This document shows, one piece after another, positions 1 through 9,734 of a DNA stretch of 64,000 nucleotides. Position numbers and translations under genes: made by a program. Position 1 is the stretch's first letter, and each line of letters opens with the position of its first letter. Source of the stretch: Rickettsiales bacterium (lineage in GTDB: Bacteria > Pseudomonadota > Alphaproteobacteria > Rickettsiales > UBA1997); contig JAGWYT010000001.1 in NCBI GenBank assembly GCA_018969185.1, positions 13,959 through 77,958 on the forward strand, read 5' to 3'. Below the pieces are notes generated by a model. It was not told the DNA's origin, did not search any database, and was given only the letters and a program-made list of their open reading frames with translations.

Positions 1-1120
1 TAAATGACATCCAAATTTTCAATGCTTTAAAACCACGTGAAAGTTCCATGCCAAAGTTGTTGAAGCTTTCAGGTCCTGACGCAAGCCCACGTTCATGAGC
101 AGATAAATAATTAGGAACGATAGCAAAAGCGTCACGATGTTTTTTAGAATCTTTCACTAAAAGACAGCCAACTTCATAATTAACGTAAAACCATTTATGA
201 AAATCAAACGCCAGAGAATCTGATCTCTCAATTGCTTTTAAATATTTGCCACATTCATCAGTAATTTTTGCTGCTGCGCCATAAGCGCCATCAACGTGAA
301 ACCATAATTTTTCTTCTTCACAAATATCGGCAATTGCATCTAAATCATCAATTGCTCCAGTATTTACAATTCCTGCATTTCCAACAACTGCAAAAGGTAT
401 TAAGCCATTTTTCTTATCTTCATGAATCATCTTTTTTAATTCATCAATTTTGATTCTGTGTCTTTTATCAACAGCAACTTTTCTAATGCCTTCACTTCCA
501 AGCCCCATTACTTCAGCGGCTTTCTGCATACAGGCATGAGTTTCGCTTGAACAATAAAATACCATTTGAGAATTAACATTTTTCAAACCTTTTTTACGAA
601 CATTTAAATTAGCATGAGAATTACGTGCAACAATAAGCCCAGTAATATTCGCCATTGATCCACCAGAAAGTAAAATTCCGCTTGCCTGAGATGGATAACC
701 CATAATTTCTTTTGACCAATTTAGCACTTCATTTTCAACATACATTGCAGCATGTTCACCAATTGCAACATTTGGATTTAAGCTTGAAGCAAGGAAGTCT
801 GCAAAGGCGCCATATAATGTACCGTTTCCTTGAATCCAAGAAAAAAATCTTGGATGAATGGAGCCTTTGTAATAAGGAAAAATATGTTCTAAAAATTCTT
901 GATAAATTTCTTCGGGCTTTTGTCCTTTTGTTGGTAATTTTGCGCTTAGAAATTTTTTTGAATTTTCAGGAATTTGTTGCCAAACTGGTTTTTCACCGAT
1001 GTTTTGTAAAAGATCAACCATATCATCAACCATCTTTTTTCCAAGATTACGCATTCTATCCCAGTCTTGATTATCAAGGCTTTGTTCGTTTTCTAAAATT
1101 TTAAGATGGTTGTTTGACAT
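1..1120 (-). CDS. PLP-dependent group II amino-acid decarboxylase (partial; C-terminus lies beyond window start)
   Basis: Absent from the ORF track because it runs off the window edge. Manual reverse-strand translation from the ATG at 1120-1118 gives MSNNHLKILENEQSLDNQDWDRMRNLGKKM...SGGSMANITGLIVARN...KLWFHVDGAYGAAA...DSLAFDFHKWFYV...SRGFKALKIWMSF, open to position 2. HVDGAYG and the S-x-HK PLP-lysine motif are typical of DDC/GAD-type decarboxylases. The start overlaps the hemW stop by 28 nt. Confidence 0.8.
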   Translation of the reverse strand, partial: MSNNHLKILENEQSLDNQDWDRMRNLGKKMVDDMVDLLQNIGEKPVWQQIPENSKKFLSAKLPTKGQKPEEIYQEFLEHIFPYYKGSIHPRFFSWIQGNGTLYGAFADFLASSLNPNVAIGEHAAMYVENEVLNWSKEIMGYPSQASGILLSGGSMANITGLIVARNSHANLNVRKKGLKNVNSQMVFYCSSETHACMQKAAEVMGLGSEGIRKVAVDKRHRIKIDELKKMIHEDKKNGLIPFAVVGNAGIVNTGAIDDLDAIADICEEEKLWFHVDGAYGAAAKITDECGKYLKAIERSDSLAFDFHKWFYVNYEVGCLLVKDSKKHRDAFAIVPNYLSAHERGLASGPESFNNFGMELSRGFKALKIWMSF

Positions 1121-2280
1121 ATTTTCTCTATTATTGGATTTGTAAGTAATTTTTTATTATCAGGAATTTTTATTTGATTTTCACTAAGGTTAATTAGTCC
1201 TTGATTTGCAAGAGTTTCTAGTTTTTCAAAATTAAAAATATCTTTTAATTTTTTATTAAAATGAATTTTGAAAATTTCTTCATCAATTCCTTCTTTCAAG
1301 CGCAAACCCATTAAAATCAACTCTTCAAGCAATTCATTTGTTGAAATCTTTTCTTCTTTTTGAATTCCAGCGCCAAATTCTTCAACTTTTTTAAGCCAAG
1401 ATAAAGGCTCATGAAGCATTGTAATTGCTGATCTTTCTTTATCACCTTCAAGATAAATTCTTGAATGAGCACCAGCACCAATTCCAAGATAATCTTCACC
1501 TCGCCAGTAAACTAAATTATGCTTACATTCGTAGTTCTTCTTAGCGTAGTTAGAAATTTCATAAGTTTTAAAACCAGCTTGAGTGGTGATTTCATCGGTC
1601 ATTTCATAAAATTCAGCAGCTAAATGCTCGTCAGGTAAGGTAAATTTTTTATCATGAAATTCTCTAAAAAATTTAGTGCCTTTTTCAATTGTAAGTTGAT
1701 AAAGCGATAAATGTTTTGTGCCAAAATTAATTGCTTGCAAAAGCTCATTTTTCCAAGACTCAAGGCTTTGTTTTGGTCTTGCGTAAATTAAATCAAAAGA
1801 GAAATTATCAAAAATTTTTGCTGCCATTTCAATTGTTGTTATCGCTTCAGAAGCACTATGTTCACGCCCCAGAAATTTTAAATTACCATCATTTAAAGCT
1901 TGAATTCCAAGAGATAGACGATTAATCCCAACATTTCGCAAATCCTTGAATTTAGAGCTTTCAGAAGATGTTGGATTTGCTTCTAAAGTAATTTCACAAT
2001 TTTTATCAATTGTCCAAAGATTTGAAATTTTTTCTAAAATTTTTTCTGGTAAAAAAAGTGGCATTAGAGAAGGTGTGCCGCCGCCAAAGAAAATAGTTTT
2101 GATTTTGCGATTTGGTAATTTTTTTACAAAAAATTCTAATTCACGCAAATAGCCTTGCAAAAATCTTTCATGATCTATTTGCGATTTGACATGTGAATTG
2201 AAGTCGCAGTAGGGGCATTTTGATTTGCAGAAAGGATAATGTATGTAGATGGAAAGATTTTTTTCTGCGTTATTTGACAT
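1093..2280 (-). CDS. hemW: Radical SAM heme chaperone HemW / oxygen-independent coproporphyrinogen-III oxidase-like protein
   Basis: 395 aa. N-terminal YIHYPFCKSKCPYCDFNS carries the CxxxCxxC radical-SAM cluster motif. FFGGGTPS and the HemN_C-like tail are also present. Confidence 0.9.
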   Translation of the reverse strand: MSNNAEKNLSIYIHYPFCKSKCPYCDFNSHVKSQIDHERFLQGYLRELEFFVKKLPNRKIKTIFFGGGTPSLMPLFLPEKILEKISNLWTIDKNCEITLEANPTSSESSKFKDLRNVGINRLSLGIQALNDGNLKFLGREHSASEAITTIEMAAKIFDNFSFDLIYARPKQSLESWKNELLQAINFGTKHLSLYQLTIEKGTKFFREFHDKKFTLPDEHLAAEFYEMTDEITTQAGFKTYEISNYAKKNYECKHNLVYWRGEDYLGIGAGAHSRIYLEGDKERSAITMLHEPLSWLKKVEEFGAGIQKEEKISTNELLEELILMGLRLKEGIDEEIFKIHFNKKLKDIFNFEKLETLANQGLINLSENQIKIPDNKKLLTNPIIEKICQTTILKF

Positions 2281-2337
2281 TTTAAATATTATCTTGATGC
2301 TTTCAAACCCCCTTTAACTAATGTAATAGTAAACATT

Positions 2338-3381
2338 ATGAAAATTCTGCAAACAATATTTTTCTCATTTCTTTTATTATTTTCTTTAAACGCCAATGCT
2401 AAGAACATTGCTGTAATTGCAACAGGTGGAACAATAGCGGGAGTTGGAGGTTCGGCAACAGACGCTAAATATTCGCCATCAACAATTGATATTGATAAAA
2501 TAATTAAAAGCGTCACAGGAATTACTGACCTCGCAGAAATCAAGGCGGAGCAATTGCTGCAAGTAAGAAGCCAAGATATGAAGCAAGAATATTGGCTAAA
2601 AATTGCAAATAGAGTTAATGAAGTTTTGTCACAAGAATATACAGATGGTGTGGTGATAACTCACGGAACGGACACGTTAGAAGAAACCGCTTATTTTCTA
2701 AATTTAGTGGTGAAGAGTAATAAGCCCGTGGTGCTTGTTGGATCAATGCGTCCTTCAACTTCTTTGAGTGCAGATGGAAATTTAAATTTATTTAATGCCG
2801 TTGCTTTGGCAAGTTCTGATGAGGCGTATGCTAAAGGAGCCTTAGTATTGCTTAATGACAATATTTATGCTGCAAGAGATGTAACTAAAACACATACAAC
2901 TAATGTTGCTTCTTTTTCTTCTCCAAACGCGGGACCAATTGGGCAGGTTCATTATGGCAAAGTAAAAATTTATTATGAACCTTTAAGAAAACACACGGCG
3001 AGAACAATCTTTGATGTCAAAAAATTGCAAGAATTACCAAAGGTTGAAATAGCATATGTTTACGCAGGTCAAGATGCTAAAATTATTGATGATTTAGTAA
3101 ATTCAGGAACAAAAGCAATTGTCACCGCGGGAGTTGGTGATGGCAATGTTAGTGAAGAAGTAGAGCAATCTTTAATAAAAGCAAGTAAGCAGGGCGTTTT
3201 GATTGTTAGAAGTTCAAGACTTAACGGTGTTGTTATTCCTGATTCAGAAATTAATGATAGCGAGCTTGGTTTCGTTTCTGCTGATAATTTAAGTCCGCAA
3301 AAGGCAAGAATATTAACAATGCTGGCTTTAACAAAAACCTCGGATGTTAAAGAAATAAGAAAGATGTTTGCGGTTTATTAA
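2338..3381 (+). CDS. ansB: Periplasmic type II L-asparaginase
   Basis: 347 aa. Signal peptide MKILQTIFFSFLLLFSLNANA. Catalytic motifs VIATGGTIAG and ITHGTDTLEETA. Confidence 0.9.
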   Translation: MKILQTIFFSFLLLFSLNANAKNIAVIATGGTIAGVGGSATDAKYSPSTIDIDKIIKSVTGITDLAEIKAEQLLQVRSQDMKQEYWLKIANRVNEVLSQEYTDGVVITHGTDTLEETAYFLNLVVKSNKPVVLVGSMRPSTSLSADGNLNLFNAVALASSDEAYAKGALVLLNDNIYAARDVTKTHTTNVASFSSPNAGPIGQVHYGKVKIYYEPLRKHTARTIFDVKKLQELPKVEIAYVYAGQDAKIIDDLVNSGTKAIVTAGVGDGNVSEEVEQSLIKASKQGVLIVRSSRLNGVVIPDSEINDSELGFVSADNLSPQKARILTMLALTKTSDVKEIRKMFAVY

Positions 3382-3528
3382 GCCTCCTTTGAAAAAGGAG
3401 GTGTAAGCTTTTGCTTTAGCAAAAGCTGACGGAGGATTTAGATTTAATAATTAATTTAATTAAATCACCCGTCTTGAATTGCTATCGCAATTCAAGCCAC
3501 CCTCTTTTTCAAAGAGGGTTTAAAAACC
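3382..3528. repeat. Palindromic element family B, copy B1 (two hairpin modules)
   Basis: cctcctttgaaaaaggaggtg-[gc hairpin]-cggaggattta ... aatcacccgtcttgaattgctatcgcaattcaagccaccctctttttcaaagagggtttaaaaacc. Begins directly after the ansB stop. Homologous to 49399..49603, and partly to 63538..63630, 27334..27390 and 29489..29553. Confidence 0.8.
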
Positions 3529-3613
3529 TAATCCTAATTTTCAATTAACCCCTTGATTTCAGTAATAGCATCGCTATATTGATAAGTATTATCATTCTCA
3601 AACATCTAAAAAT

Positions 3614-4417
3614 ATGTTTCAAATTGCTATTGTAGTTTTTCGTGAAATTTTGGAAGTGGCGTTGATTGTGGGGATTTTGGTTGCTGCAACTAAGAATATT
3701 TTAAATCGCTCTAAATGGATCTTAAGTGGTGTTGCCTGTGGTTTTTTGGCATCTTTAATTTTAGCTTTTTTTACAGATAAAATTTCTGAAAGTCTTAATG
3801 GAGTGGGGCAGGAAGTTTTTAACGGCGTGATATTATTATCAGCAAGCATAATGATTTCCTCAACGGTCTTATGGATGCAAAAACATGCTAAATCACTTTC
3901 TGGTGAATTAAAAAAATTAGGCAATGCCATTCGTGAAGGAAATAAGCCGCTTTATGCATTATTGTTAGTAACGTTCTTTTCTGTGTTAAGAGAGAGCGCT
4001 GAAATTGTTTTATTCACTTATAGCTCTTACATTTCAGGTGTTGAGTTAAGTGAAATTATACTGGGTTTATTAATTGGTGTAGTTTCTGGCAGTCTGGTTG
4101 GAGCGGCTCTTTATTTCGGGATTATTAAAGCTTCAGGTAAATATTTCTTTATTGTCACAACTTGGATTTTGGTTTTTCTGGCGTCAGGAATTACAGCATC
4201 AGGAGTTGGATTCTTTATCAACGCTGAAATTTTACCATCCTTGGGAGATCAAATTTGGGATACATCAATGGTTATTTCACAAACCAGTTTTGTTGGAAAA
4301 ATTTTGAATATTTTCTTAGGCTATATTGACAGACCTTCAGGCATGCAGGTTCTTGCTTACTTGACGAATTTGATGATATTGGTTATTGGTTTGAAGCTAA
4401 TCAAAAAAGGCGCGTAA
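3614..4417 (+). CDS. FTR1/EfeU-family iron permease
   Basis: 267 aa polytopic membrane protein with two REXXE motifs (FREILEVAL near the N-terminus; LRESAEIVLF mid-protein), characteristic of FTR1-type high-affinity iron permeases. Confidence 0.75.
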   Translation: MFQIAIVVFREILEVALIVGILVAATKNILNRSKWILSGVACGFLASLILAFFTDKISESLNGVGQEVFNGVILLSASIMISSTVLWMQKHAKSLSGELKKLGNAIREGNKPLYALLLVTFFSVLRESAEIVLFTYSSYISGVELSEIILGLLIGVVSGSLVGAALYFGIIKASGKYFFIVTTWILVFLASGITASGVGFFINAEILPSLGDQIWDTSMVISQTSFVGKILNIFLGYIDRPSGMQVLAYLTNLMILVIGLKLIKKGA

Positions 4418-4427
4418 ATTTCAGATC

Positions 4428-4573
4428 GTCATGCCGGACAAACAATTTCTTAGTTGGCTTTGCCAACTTAAAAATTGTAGATCCGGTATCCATTGTTATT
4501 TTTTATGGATTGCGGATGAAGTATTTCTAAGAATTGCTTTGCAATTCCAAGAAATACTAGCTCCGCAATGACG
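4428..4573. repeat. Palindromic element family D (gtcatgccgg ... ccgcaatgac)
   Basis: Termini gtcatgccgg / ccgcaatgac are inverted. Two internal hairpins (ttagttggctttgccaactta; gtatttctaagaattgctttgcaattccaagaaatac). Lies in the convergent gap between the FTR1 gene and trpC. Confidence 0.6.
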
Positions 4574-4611
4574 ACTTTTGTTAGATAATTAGATTTACGA
4601 TATATATTAAG

Positions 4612-5403
4612 TCAGCCTAAGAAAGCCTTAACCGCGGCGGCGATATTTTTTTGGCTCATGAAATGTTCGCCAATTAAAAAGCAATTAATTCCCGCTTCTT
4701 TAAGCAGTAAAATATCTGAAATATCTTTAATACCACTTTCGCCAACTAAAACATAATCAGCAGGCACATGATCAGCAAGTTTTAATGAAGTTTGTAAATC
4801 AACTTTTAATGTTTTCAAATCACGATTATTAATGCCAATTAATCTGCTTTTCATTTTAAAAGCGCGCTGTAATTCTTCTTCATTGTGAACTTCAATTAAT
4901 ACAGATAAACCAAGGCCTAAAGCACAGTCTTCAAGTTCATGTAATTTTGCGTCATCAAGCATTGCAACAATTAGTAAAATGCAATCAGCTCCAAGTAATT
5001 TTGCTTCATAAATTTGATAAGGATCAACAATAAATTCTTTGCGCAAGATTGGTAAATTAGTGACTTCGCGTACTTTTGCTAAATATTCATCAGAGCCTAA
5101 AAAATATTTTTCGTCCGTTAGAATTGAAAGACAGGTTGCGCCTGAATTTTCATAAATTTTTGCAATTTCAACAGCGTCAAAATCTTCTCTAATAATGCCT
5201 TTTGAAGGCGATGCTTTCTTGATTTCGCAAATTAAAGCGGTGTTGCCATTTTCATCTTTTGCTTTTAAGGCTGAGTAAAAATCACGTGTTTTTTTCTCTG
5301 CACATTTCAGTTTTTCACAAATGTCAGTTAAATTAACTACTTTCTTTTTGTTTCTAACCTCTATAAGCTTGTGCTGGTAGATTTCTTCTAAGATGTTAGT
5401 CAT
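4612..5403 (-). CDS. trpC: Indole-3-glycerol phosphate synthase
   Basis: 263 aa. ALICEIKKASPSKGIIREDF signature and an IGPS TIM-barrel pattern (NNRDLKT, GESGI). Confidence 0.9.
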   Translation of the reverse strand: MTNILEEIYQHKLIEVRNKKKVVNLTDICEKLKCAEKKTRDFYSALKAKDENGNTALICEIKKASPSKGIIREDFDAVEIAKIYENSGATCLSILTDEKYFLGSDEYLAKVREVTNLPILRKEFIVDPYQIYEAKLLGADCILLIVAMLDDAKLHELEDCALGLGLSVLIEVHNEEELQRAFKMKSRLIGINNRDLKTLKVDLQTSLKLADHVPADYVLVGESGIKDISDILLLKEAGINCFLIGEHFMSQKNIAAAVKAFLG

Positions 5404-5446
5404 AAGTTTTTACAAAAATGTTAACGGTATTAAAAAGATTAAGAAC

Positions 5447-6454
5447 ATGAAAAATTTTTACAACGGATCTTTTCCGCAAGTTCGTTTAAGAAGGTTAAGA
5501 AAATCAACATGGATGCGTGAATTGGTTGCCCAAAATTCACTAAGATCCAGTGATTTGATTTTGCCGCTTTTTGTTGTTGAAGGAAAAAATATTGAGCAAA
5601 AAATTGATCACTTACCCGGAGTTTCAAGATTTTCAATTGATCTAATAGTTAAAAAAGCCAAAGAGGCAAATTCTCTTGGAATTCCTGCAATTATGCTATT
5701 TCCAAGCGTTGAACAAAAATTAAAAACTGCTGATGGCAAAGAAGCATTTAATGAAAATAATTTGATTTGCCGTACTATTAAAGCGATAAAAAAACAAGTT
5801 CCAGAAATTGGTGTAATTTGCGATGTGGCGTTGGATCCTTATACAACCCACGGTCATGATGGTGTTATTGATGAAAATGGTGAAGTGTTAAATGATGCAA
5901 CAATTGAAGTGTTGTGCAAACAGGCTTTGGTTCAAGCTCAGGCAGGTTGCGATATCATTGCGCCTTCGGACATGATGGATGGTAGAGTTGCGGTGATTCG
6001 TGATGCTTTAGATGAAAGTGGATTTATTGATGTGGCAATTATGAGCTATGCTGCAAAATATGCTTCGTCATTTTACGGACCCTTCAGACACGCAGTTGGA
6101 TCAGTTTCTAACTTAAAAAAATCTGATAAAAAATCTTATCAAATGGATTTTAGAAATTCTTCTGAGGCAATGCGTGAGATTGCTTTGGATGTTGATGAAG
6201 GTGCAGATATGGTGATTATAAAACCCGGCATGCCATATCTTGATGTGGTAAAAGAAGCAGCGCAAAATTTTTCTCTACCAATAATTTCTTATCAAGTTAG
6301 TGGAGAATATGCGATGTTAAAGCATGCAGCAAATAAAGATGCTTTTGATTTTGAAGCGGCTTTATTTGAAAGTTTAATTTCTTTTAAAAGGGCGGGAGCC
6401 ACCGCCATCATTACTTACGGCGCAATTGAGATTGCTAAGAGATTTAAAAATTAG
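5447..6454 (+). CDS. hemB: Porphobilinogen synthase (delta-aminolevulinate dehydratase)
   Basis: Track ORF starts at 5393 with a non-ATG codon. The ATG at 5447 (MKNFYNGSFPQVRLRRLRKSTWMRELV) fits HemB N-termini. Asp-rich metal site DVALDPYTTHGHDG, Schiff-base region VIIKPGMPYLD, YQVSGEYAM. Confidence 0.9.
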   Translation: MKNFYNGSFPQVRLRRLRKSTWMRELVAQNSLRSSDLILPLFVVEGKNIEQKIDHLPGVSRFSIDLIVKKAKEANSLGIPAIMLFPSVEQKLKTADGKEAFNENNLICRTIKAIKKQVPEIGVICDVALDPYTTHGHDGVIDENGEVLNDATIEVLCKQALVQAQAGCDIIAPSDMMDGRVAVIRDALDESGFIDVAIMSYAAKYASSFYGPFRHAVGSVSNLKKSDKKSYQMDFRNSSEAMREIALDVDEGADMVIIKPGMPYLDVVKEAAQNFSLPIISYQVSGEYAMLKHAANKDAFDFEAALFESLISFKRAGATAIITYGAIEIAKRFKN

Positions 6455-6461
6455 TAAAAAT

Positions 6462-7130
6462 ATGTTCAGAATCTTCTTATTATTTTTCTTATTATTTTCT
6501 TCAAATGCTTTAGCAAAGGCCTATTTTCCAGCAGATACTATTCCGCCAATTTTACTTACTAAACCGCTTTCAAGGGACAGTGTTGAATATAAGAATGAAG
6601 TTAAGCAGATTGTTGAAATGCAGCGTGATAAATCAAATCTTGATGAAATAAAGCAAGCTAAAAAAGAACAAGTTCTTAAAATTGATTCCATAGCTTTAGC
6701 AATTTCTCCAAAGCTTCATAGAGATAAATTCCCACATCTTTATAAAATGCTGGATAATATATTTGATACTGTAAAGCCTGTTACAAGAAGTGCTAAGGAT
6801 TATTGGAATACTAAGCGTCCTTACTCATCTGAAAAAGAAATAAAAAATCTTGTTAATCCTCTTCACAATACTTCTTATCCAAGTGGGCACACTTGCATGG
6901 CTTATGTTGTTGCCAAAGTTTTAGGAAATGCTTTGCCTAAAGAATTAGATGATTTTGAAAAAGCTGCAGAAAAAATTGCTTGGCATCGAATTATTGTTGG
7001 AGCTCACTATCCTCACGACATAGCGGGTGGAAAAGAATTATCTTTTTTGATAGTTGGTGGCTTAATGCAAAATGAAAAATTTTTGCGTGACTTTGATTTA
7101 GCGAAAAAAGAATTAGTAGAAAAATATTAA
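6462..7130 (+). CDS. Class A acid phosphatase / PAP2 family phosphatase (secreted)
   Basis: Signal peptide MFRIFLLFFLLFSSNALA from the ATG at 6462. PAP2 motifs KRPY, YPSGHT and VGAHYPHDIAGG. Confidence 0.8.
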   Translation: MFRIFLLFFLLFSSNALAKAYFPADTIPPILLTKPLSRDSVEYKNEVKQIVEMQRDKSNLDEIKQAKKEQVLKIDSIALAISPKLHRDKFPHLYKMLDNIFDTVKPVTRSAKDYWNTKRPYSSEKEIKNLVNPLHNTSYPSGHTCMAYVVAKVLGNALPKELDDFEKAAEKIAWHRIIVGAHYPHDIAGGKELSFLIVGGLMQNEKFLRDFDLAKKELVEKY

Positions 7131-7141
7131 AAACGTAAAAT

Positions 7142-8542
7142 ATGTTTAAAATTGCAATTATTGGCAGACCAAATGTAGGAAAATCAACGCTTTTCAATAA
7201 GCTTGTTGGTAAGAGCTACGCGATTACTGATAACATTCCCGGAGTAACTCGAGATAGAAAAGAAGCGCGTGCCAGTTTGGGGCCAATGAAATTTATTGCA
7301 ATTGACACTGCAGGTCTTGAAAGTGAGGCGGATAAATTATCCTTAGAAAAAAGAATGTTTGAGCAAGCAGAAATTGCCGTGATGGATGCTGATGTTTGTT
7401 TATTTGTGGTTGATGGCAGGAATGGCGTGGTTGCAAAAGATTCGACATTAGCTGATATGATGCGCAAAAAAGGTAAAAAAATAATTTTGGTTGCGAATAA
7501 ATTGGAAGGAAAAAACGAAGAAAATTTAGGTAAAGAATATTATCGTTTAGGTTTTGGAGCGCCGGTTGCAGTGTCTGCAGAGCATAATGAGGGTTTTGGT
7601 GATTTATATGAAAAAATTGAGCCAATCTATGAAGAATATCAAAAGAATTTTTCTGAAATAGAAATTGATAAAAGTGACGATAAGGCTTTGTTACAAGTGG
7701 CAATTGTTGGTAAACCAAATGCTGGAAAATCAACTTTCTTAAATAAAATTCTTAATCAAGAAAGATTAATTACGGGCCCAGAAGCTGGAATTACACGTGA
7801 TTCAATTGCCATTGATCATGAATTTAAGGGACAGAAAATTCGCTTTATTGATACTGCAGGAATTAGAAGAAAAACAAATATTAAAGGTAAGTTAGAACAG
7901 CTTTCAGCGGTTGATAGTTTCCGTGCAATTAATTTTGCGCAAGTGGTGATTTTGATGATTGATGCAAACTCGCTCTTAGATCATCAAGATGTGGCGCTGG
8001 CTGGTCAGATTTTGCAGGAAGGACGTGGTTTAATTTTTGTGATTAATAAGATTGATACGGTTAAAGGCGATAAGGAAGTTTTCTTACGTGAAGTGCGTAA
8101 ACAATTACAATCATTATTTAAAGAAGTTGATGGAGTGCCAATTTTAGGGGTTTCAGCGCAAAATGGTTATAATGTAGAAAAAACTTTGGATTATGCGCTA
8201 AAAGTTTATGAACAATGGCAAGTTTATATTCCAACTTCAAAATTAAATGAGTGGTTAAGAATGGCGGATAGAGCACATCCTCCTAAATTATTTAAAGGCA
8301 AAGAAACTAAGTTGAAATATGTAACGCAAATAAAAAGACGTCCACCAACTTTTGCGGTATTTACTAATTATCCAAAAGCGGTTGAAGGTTCTTATCAGCG
8401 TTATTTAGTTAATTCTTTGCGTGAAACTTTTGGATTGAACCTAACGCCAGTGCGCTTGGTTCTAAGAAAAACTGAAAATCCTTTTGAAGGTAAGAAAGAA
8501 AAGATTTTCTCTAAAAAAACTCATGTGAAGAAAAAGAAGTAA
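7142..8542 (+). CDS. der: Ribosome-biogenesis GTPase Der (EngA)
   Basis: 466 aa. Tandem GTPase domains (GRPNVGKST...DTAG; GKPNAGKST...DTAG...NKID) and a KH-like C-terminal domain. Confidence 0.95.
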   Translation: MFKIAIIGRPNVGKSTLFNKLVGKSYAITDNIPGVTRDRKEARASLGPMKFIAIDTAGLESEADKLSLEKRMFEQAEIAVMDADVCLFVVDGRNGVVAKDSTLADMMRKKGKKIILVANKLEGKNEENLGKEYYRLGFGAPVAVSAEHNEGFGDLYEKIEPIYEEYQKNFSEIEIDKSDDKALLQVAIVGKPNAGKSTFLNKILNQERLITGPEAGITRDSIAIDHEFKGQKIRFIDTAGIRRKTNIKGKLEQLSAVDSFRAINFAQVVILMIDANSLLDHQDVALAGQILQEGRGLIFVINKIDTVKGDKEVFLREVRKQLQSLFKEVDGVPILGVSAQNGYNVEKTLDYALKVYEQWQVYIPTSKLNEWLRMADRAHPPKLFKGKETKLKYVTQIKRRPPTFAVFTNYPKAVEGSYQRYLVNSLRETFGLNLTPVRLVLRKTENPFEGKKEKIFSKKTHVKKKK

Positions 8543-8543
8543 A

Positions 8544-8658
8544 TCTTATCCGCTGGTTCCTGCGAAGTCGAAACCAAGGATAAGATTATTGTAAAGCTTC
8601 TCTTGGTTTCGATACTTCGTCAAGCTCAGTACGGCGCAGCTCAACCAGCGAGAAGCTT
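8544..8658. repeat. Palindromic element family A, copy A1
   Basis: atcttatccgctggtt..gaagtcgaaaccaaggataagat + cttctcttggtttcga...ctcaaccagcgagaag. Starts 2 nt after the der stop. Homologous to 12010..12100, 52675..52764 and 60539..60632. Confidence 0.85.
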
Positions 8659-8691
8659 AGCGAAAGATTCATTAAATAAATACTTTAAAAA

Positions 8692-9639
8692 ATGACTCAA
8701 AAAAATTCAGAAAAATTAGTAAAAATTGATTGTAAAAAAACTTTTGGAATCAATTGTGATTTTGATGTTTACGGCTTTGCTGAAGGCAGTGAATTTGTGC
8801 CGCAAATTGATAAGAATTATGTTTTTGATCCAAAAACTACAATCGCAATTTTAGCGGGTTTCGTTTTTAACAGCCGTGTTTTAATCCAAGGAATGCATGG
8901 CACGGGAAAATCAACTCATATTGAACAAGTAGCGGCGCGTCTTAATTGGCCTTGTGTGAGAATTAATTTTGATTCACAAATTACGCGTCTTGATTTGGTT
9001 GGCAAAGATGTAATTAAATTAAAAAATGATAAGCAAATTACTGAATTTAAAGAAGGTATTATTCCTTTCGCTTTAAGAAGAAATATTGCGCTTGTTTTAG
9101 ATGAATATGATGCGATTAAAACGGATGTGTCTTTTGTGATTCATCGCTTACTTGAAAATGATGGTAAATTTGCACTCTTAGAGGAAAATCAAGTAATCAC
9201 GCCGCATCAATATTTTCGTATCTTTGCAACATCAAACACTCTTGGTGCTGGCGATGATCTTGGAATTTATCATGGCACAAATTTGATAAATCAAGCGCAG
9301 ATGGATCGGTGGAATATTGCGGTATCGCTTAATTATTTGAGTGAAAAACAAGAGTTAGAAATTTTGCAAAAAAAATTACCTTTTTTAAATTCCACTTTGC
9401 ATAAAGATACAGCGAAATTGATGATTCGCCTTGCTAATATTACTCGTGAAGCTTTTAAGAATGGTGATATTTCAACTTTAATTTCACTGCGCACATTAAT
9501 TTCTTGGGGTGAAAATATTAAAATTTTCAGTTCAACAAAAAATGCTTTTATTTTGAGTTTTTATAACAAGGTAATTGATGATGAGAAGCCGGTGCTAAAT
9601 GAATTTTATCAAAGAGTTTTTGGTGAAGAATTGGTGTAA
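8692..9639 (+). CDS. cobS: CobS-like AAA+ (MoxR-type) ATPase
   Basis: 315 aa. Walker A GMHGTGKSTHIEQVAARLNWPCVRINFD, Walker B LVLDEYD. The overall pattern matches alphaproteobacterial CobS-type ATPases. Confidence 0.85.
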   Translation: MTQKNSEKLVKIDCKKTFGINCDFDVYGFAEGSEFVPQIDKNYVFDPKTTIAILAGFVFNSRVLIQGMHGTGKSTHIEQVAARLNWPCVRINFDSQITRLDLVGKDVIKLKNDKQITEFKEGIIPFALRRNIALVLDEYDAIKTDVSFVIHRLLENDGKFALLEENQVITPHQYFRIFATSNTLGAGDDLGIYHGTNLINQAQMDRWNIAVSLNYLSEKQELEILQKKLPFLNSTLHKDTAKLMIRLANITREAFKNGDISTLISLRTLISWGENIKIFSSTKNAFILSFYNKVIDDEKPVLNEFYQRVFGEELV

Positions 9640-9734
9640 CCAATATTGTCATCCCAATAGGGAGGGTTACTGGTAAAGGTTTGACTTATGCGTAAGTATT
9701 TAATTTATTAATATTTTTTACTTTTTATTTACGT

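Noticed and set aside
268-1104. Plus-strand ORFs 268..453 and 712..1104 from the ORF track
   Set aside because: They are antisense to a continuous, motif-bearing PLP-decarboxylase reading frame on the minus strand (1..1120), and their translations are low-complexity (Q/L/H-rich) with no motifs.
5393-5446. N-terminal extensions implied by track ORF starts (hemB 5393, phosphatase 6426, fadL 48086, kinase 11897, pepP TTG 63902)
   Set aside because: The extensions overlap neighbouring genes or precede obvious signal peptides or conserved N-termini. Internal ATG starts, or for pepP continuation past the window edge, fit the protein families better.
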